This document shows positions 32,709 to 33,957 of a stretch of 33,957 bases of DNA, in pieces; position 1 is the first letter of the stretch, and every line of letters begins with the position of its first letter. The stretch is taken from assembly GCA_021814825.1 (NCBI GenBank), contig JAKAHS010000003.1, forward strand, positions 1 to 33,957. The letters are read 5' to 3'. Made by a program: the position numbers and the translations under genes. Source of the DNA: a bacterium. GTDB taxonomy: Bacteria; Patescibacteriota; Minisyncoccia; Phycocordibacterales; SBAW01. Below the pieces are notes generated by a model that saw only the letters and a program-made list of their open reading frames with translations, ran no database searches and was not told the DNA's origin.

Positions 32709-33875
32709 CTAACTGCTTAAGAACGAACCGGCGCGGCTTTTTGACGATCGACGCTCGAGTGCCTCGAAGCCGTGGTGTTCGATGACTCGCGCGAGCGCCC
32801 GCACTACCTTCGGATCGAGTTTGCCGCTCCGTGCTTCATCCCTACAGAGCTTCAAAGCGTAGTGTGGTCCGTGAGCTTCTTTGTACGGGCGCTTTTGCGC
32901 GACTGCAGCAAAGATGTCCGAGACGGTGATGATGTGCGCCGACAGGGAGATCTCGTCCTTCGTGAGGCCTGCGGGATAGCCGCTGCCGTCACATAGCTCG
33001 TGATGCGAACCGACCAGGTAGGGCACCGCTTCGAGTCCTTTCGGCCAGTCGATCTTGCGCAGGATCCGTCGACCCTTGTGTGCGTGGGTCTTCATGGCGC
33101 GGTAGTCCTTCTGCGTGAACTTCACCGGTTTGAGCAAGATGTGATCCCGCACGCCGATCTTGCCGATGTCGTGCAGCGCGGCCGCGATCTTGATCTCTTG
33201 CACCGCATCTTCTGACAACCCCATCTCTCGCGCCACTTCAACGGCGATCACGGTGACCAGTTTGATATGCTTTCCGGTCGTGGTGTCGCGCACGCTGATG
33301 GCGTCCGCCAAAGTGAAGCTCAGCTCGTCGATGAGAAGACGATGTGCTTGCAAGTGCCGAGCATTTTCGAACGCGGCACAGGCAAGATTGGCGACTTCTC
33401 GCAGACGAACAACATCATCTTCGGCGAATTCGCCGATCACGATCACGCCTTTTCTGAGCGGAATGCGGACACTCACTCCATCCGATCGCAAGCGGTTGCT
33501 CGCTTGCACGACGCCAATGAGCTCGTCATCGTGCAGTATCGGCAGACATAATTCTGATACGGTACGATAGCTGCGCCGCTTGTCGTCTCGTTGGTCAAAG
33601 AGCGGATCACGGTAGGCATCGGCGGTGACAATGATCTGCTGCTTCTGTGCGCAGGCGCCCACCAACCCTCTTCCGAACGGAAGCCGGAAGACACGCCCTC
33701 CCTCGCTGCTTGGAAGCGAGGCCAGTGTTCTCTGGTCCTTTCCCAACATCCAGAAGGTGACCCGATCAGCGCCGACTATCGTGCGACTTGAAGCGGATAC
33801 GTGCTCGATCAGCTTTCCAAACTCGCGCCCGCCAGAGATGCGGAGGCAGACTGCTTGCTGGCTCTTAACGCTCAT
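32709..33875 (-). CDS. GAF + HD-GYP domain phosphodiesterase
   Basis: GAF domain (GLVG...DAYRDP.F...LCLPI); HDIGKIG and HHE.CDGSGYP motifs; GGAGG RBS. Confidence 0.88.
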   Translation of the reverse strand: MSVKSQQAVCLRISGGREFGKLIEHVSASSRTIVGADRVTFWMLGKDQRTLASLPSSEGGRVFRLPFGRGLVGACAQKQQIIVTADAYRDPLFDQRDDKRRSYRTVSELCLPILHDDELIGVVQASNRLRSDGVSVRIPLRKGVIVIGEFAEDDVVRLREVANLACAAFENARHLQAHRLLIDELSFTLADAISVRDTTTGKHIKLVTVIAVEVAREMGLSEDAVQEIKIAAALHDIGKIGVRDHILLKPVKFTQKDYRAMKTHAHKGRRILRKIDWPKGLEAVPYLVGSHHELCDGSGYPAGLTKDEISLSAHIITVSDIFAAVAQKRPYKEAHGPHYALKLCRDEARSGKLDPKVVRALARVIEHHGFEALERRSSKSRAGSFLSS

Positions 33876-33957
33876 GGTGCCTCCCTATAGTGAGTCGATC
33901 GTGAAGGTCAGCTCGTTACGAGCAGACCGAGAACTTTCTGGAAAAAGTATAGCACTA

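Overview
Origin-of-replication region of a high-GC Patescibacteria (CPR, Parcubacteria-like) chromosome. The lineage is inferred from the CPR-type pilin, short YebC, truncated HolA and HLGR-type TyrRS. Core genes: jag, yidC, rnpA, rpmH, dnaA, dnaN, PBP1A, tyrS, ruvC, yebC, ruvB, pilB, tsaE, polA, holA, murE, ruvA, rpsT, tRNA-Lys and tRNA-Arg. Between yebC and ruvB lies a complete diversity-generating retroelement (DGR). It has a target gene with VR 14266-14377 and TR 14762-14873; the two differ at 18 positions, all TR adenines. Avd lies on the opposite strand and the reverse transcriptase (RT) on the + strand. The most striking observation is that avd and RT overlap head-to-head across one G9/C9 tract (15258-15266). 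Removing a single G puts BOTH genes in frame with ATGs that each sit 7 nt behind a -10 box, the same start signature used by the host core genes. This suggests a one-tract phase-variation switch for hypermutation. The restored RT begins with a beta-clamp-binding-like motif (QVSLF). Other accessory features are a pyrD-like/pyrC pair, a GAF-HD-GYP gene, a tRNA-end-bounded palindromic element, a long hairpin element between yebC and ruvC, and an unannotated 55-aa acidic protein.
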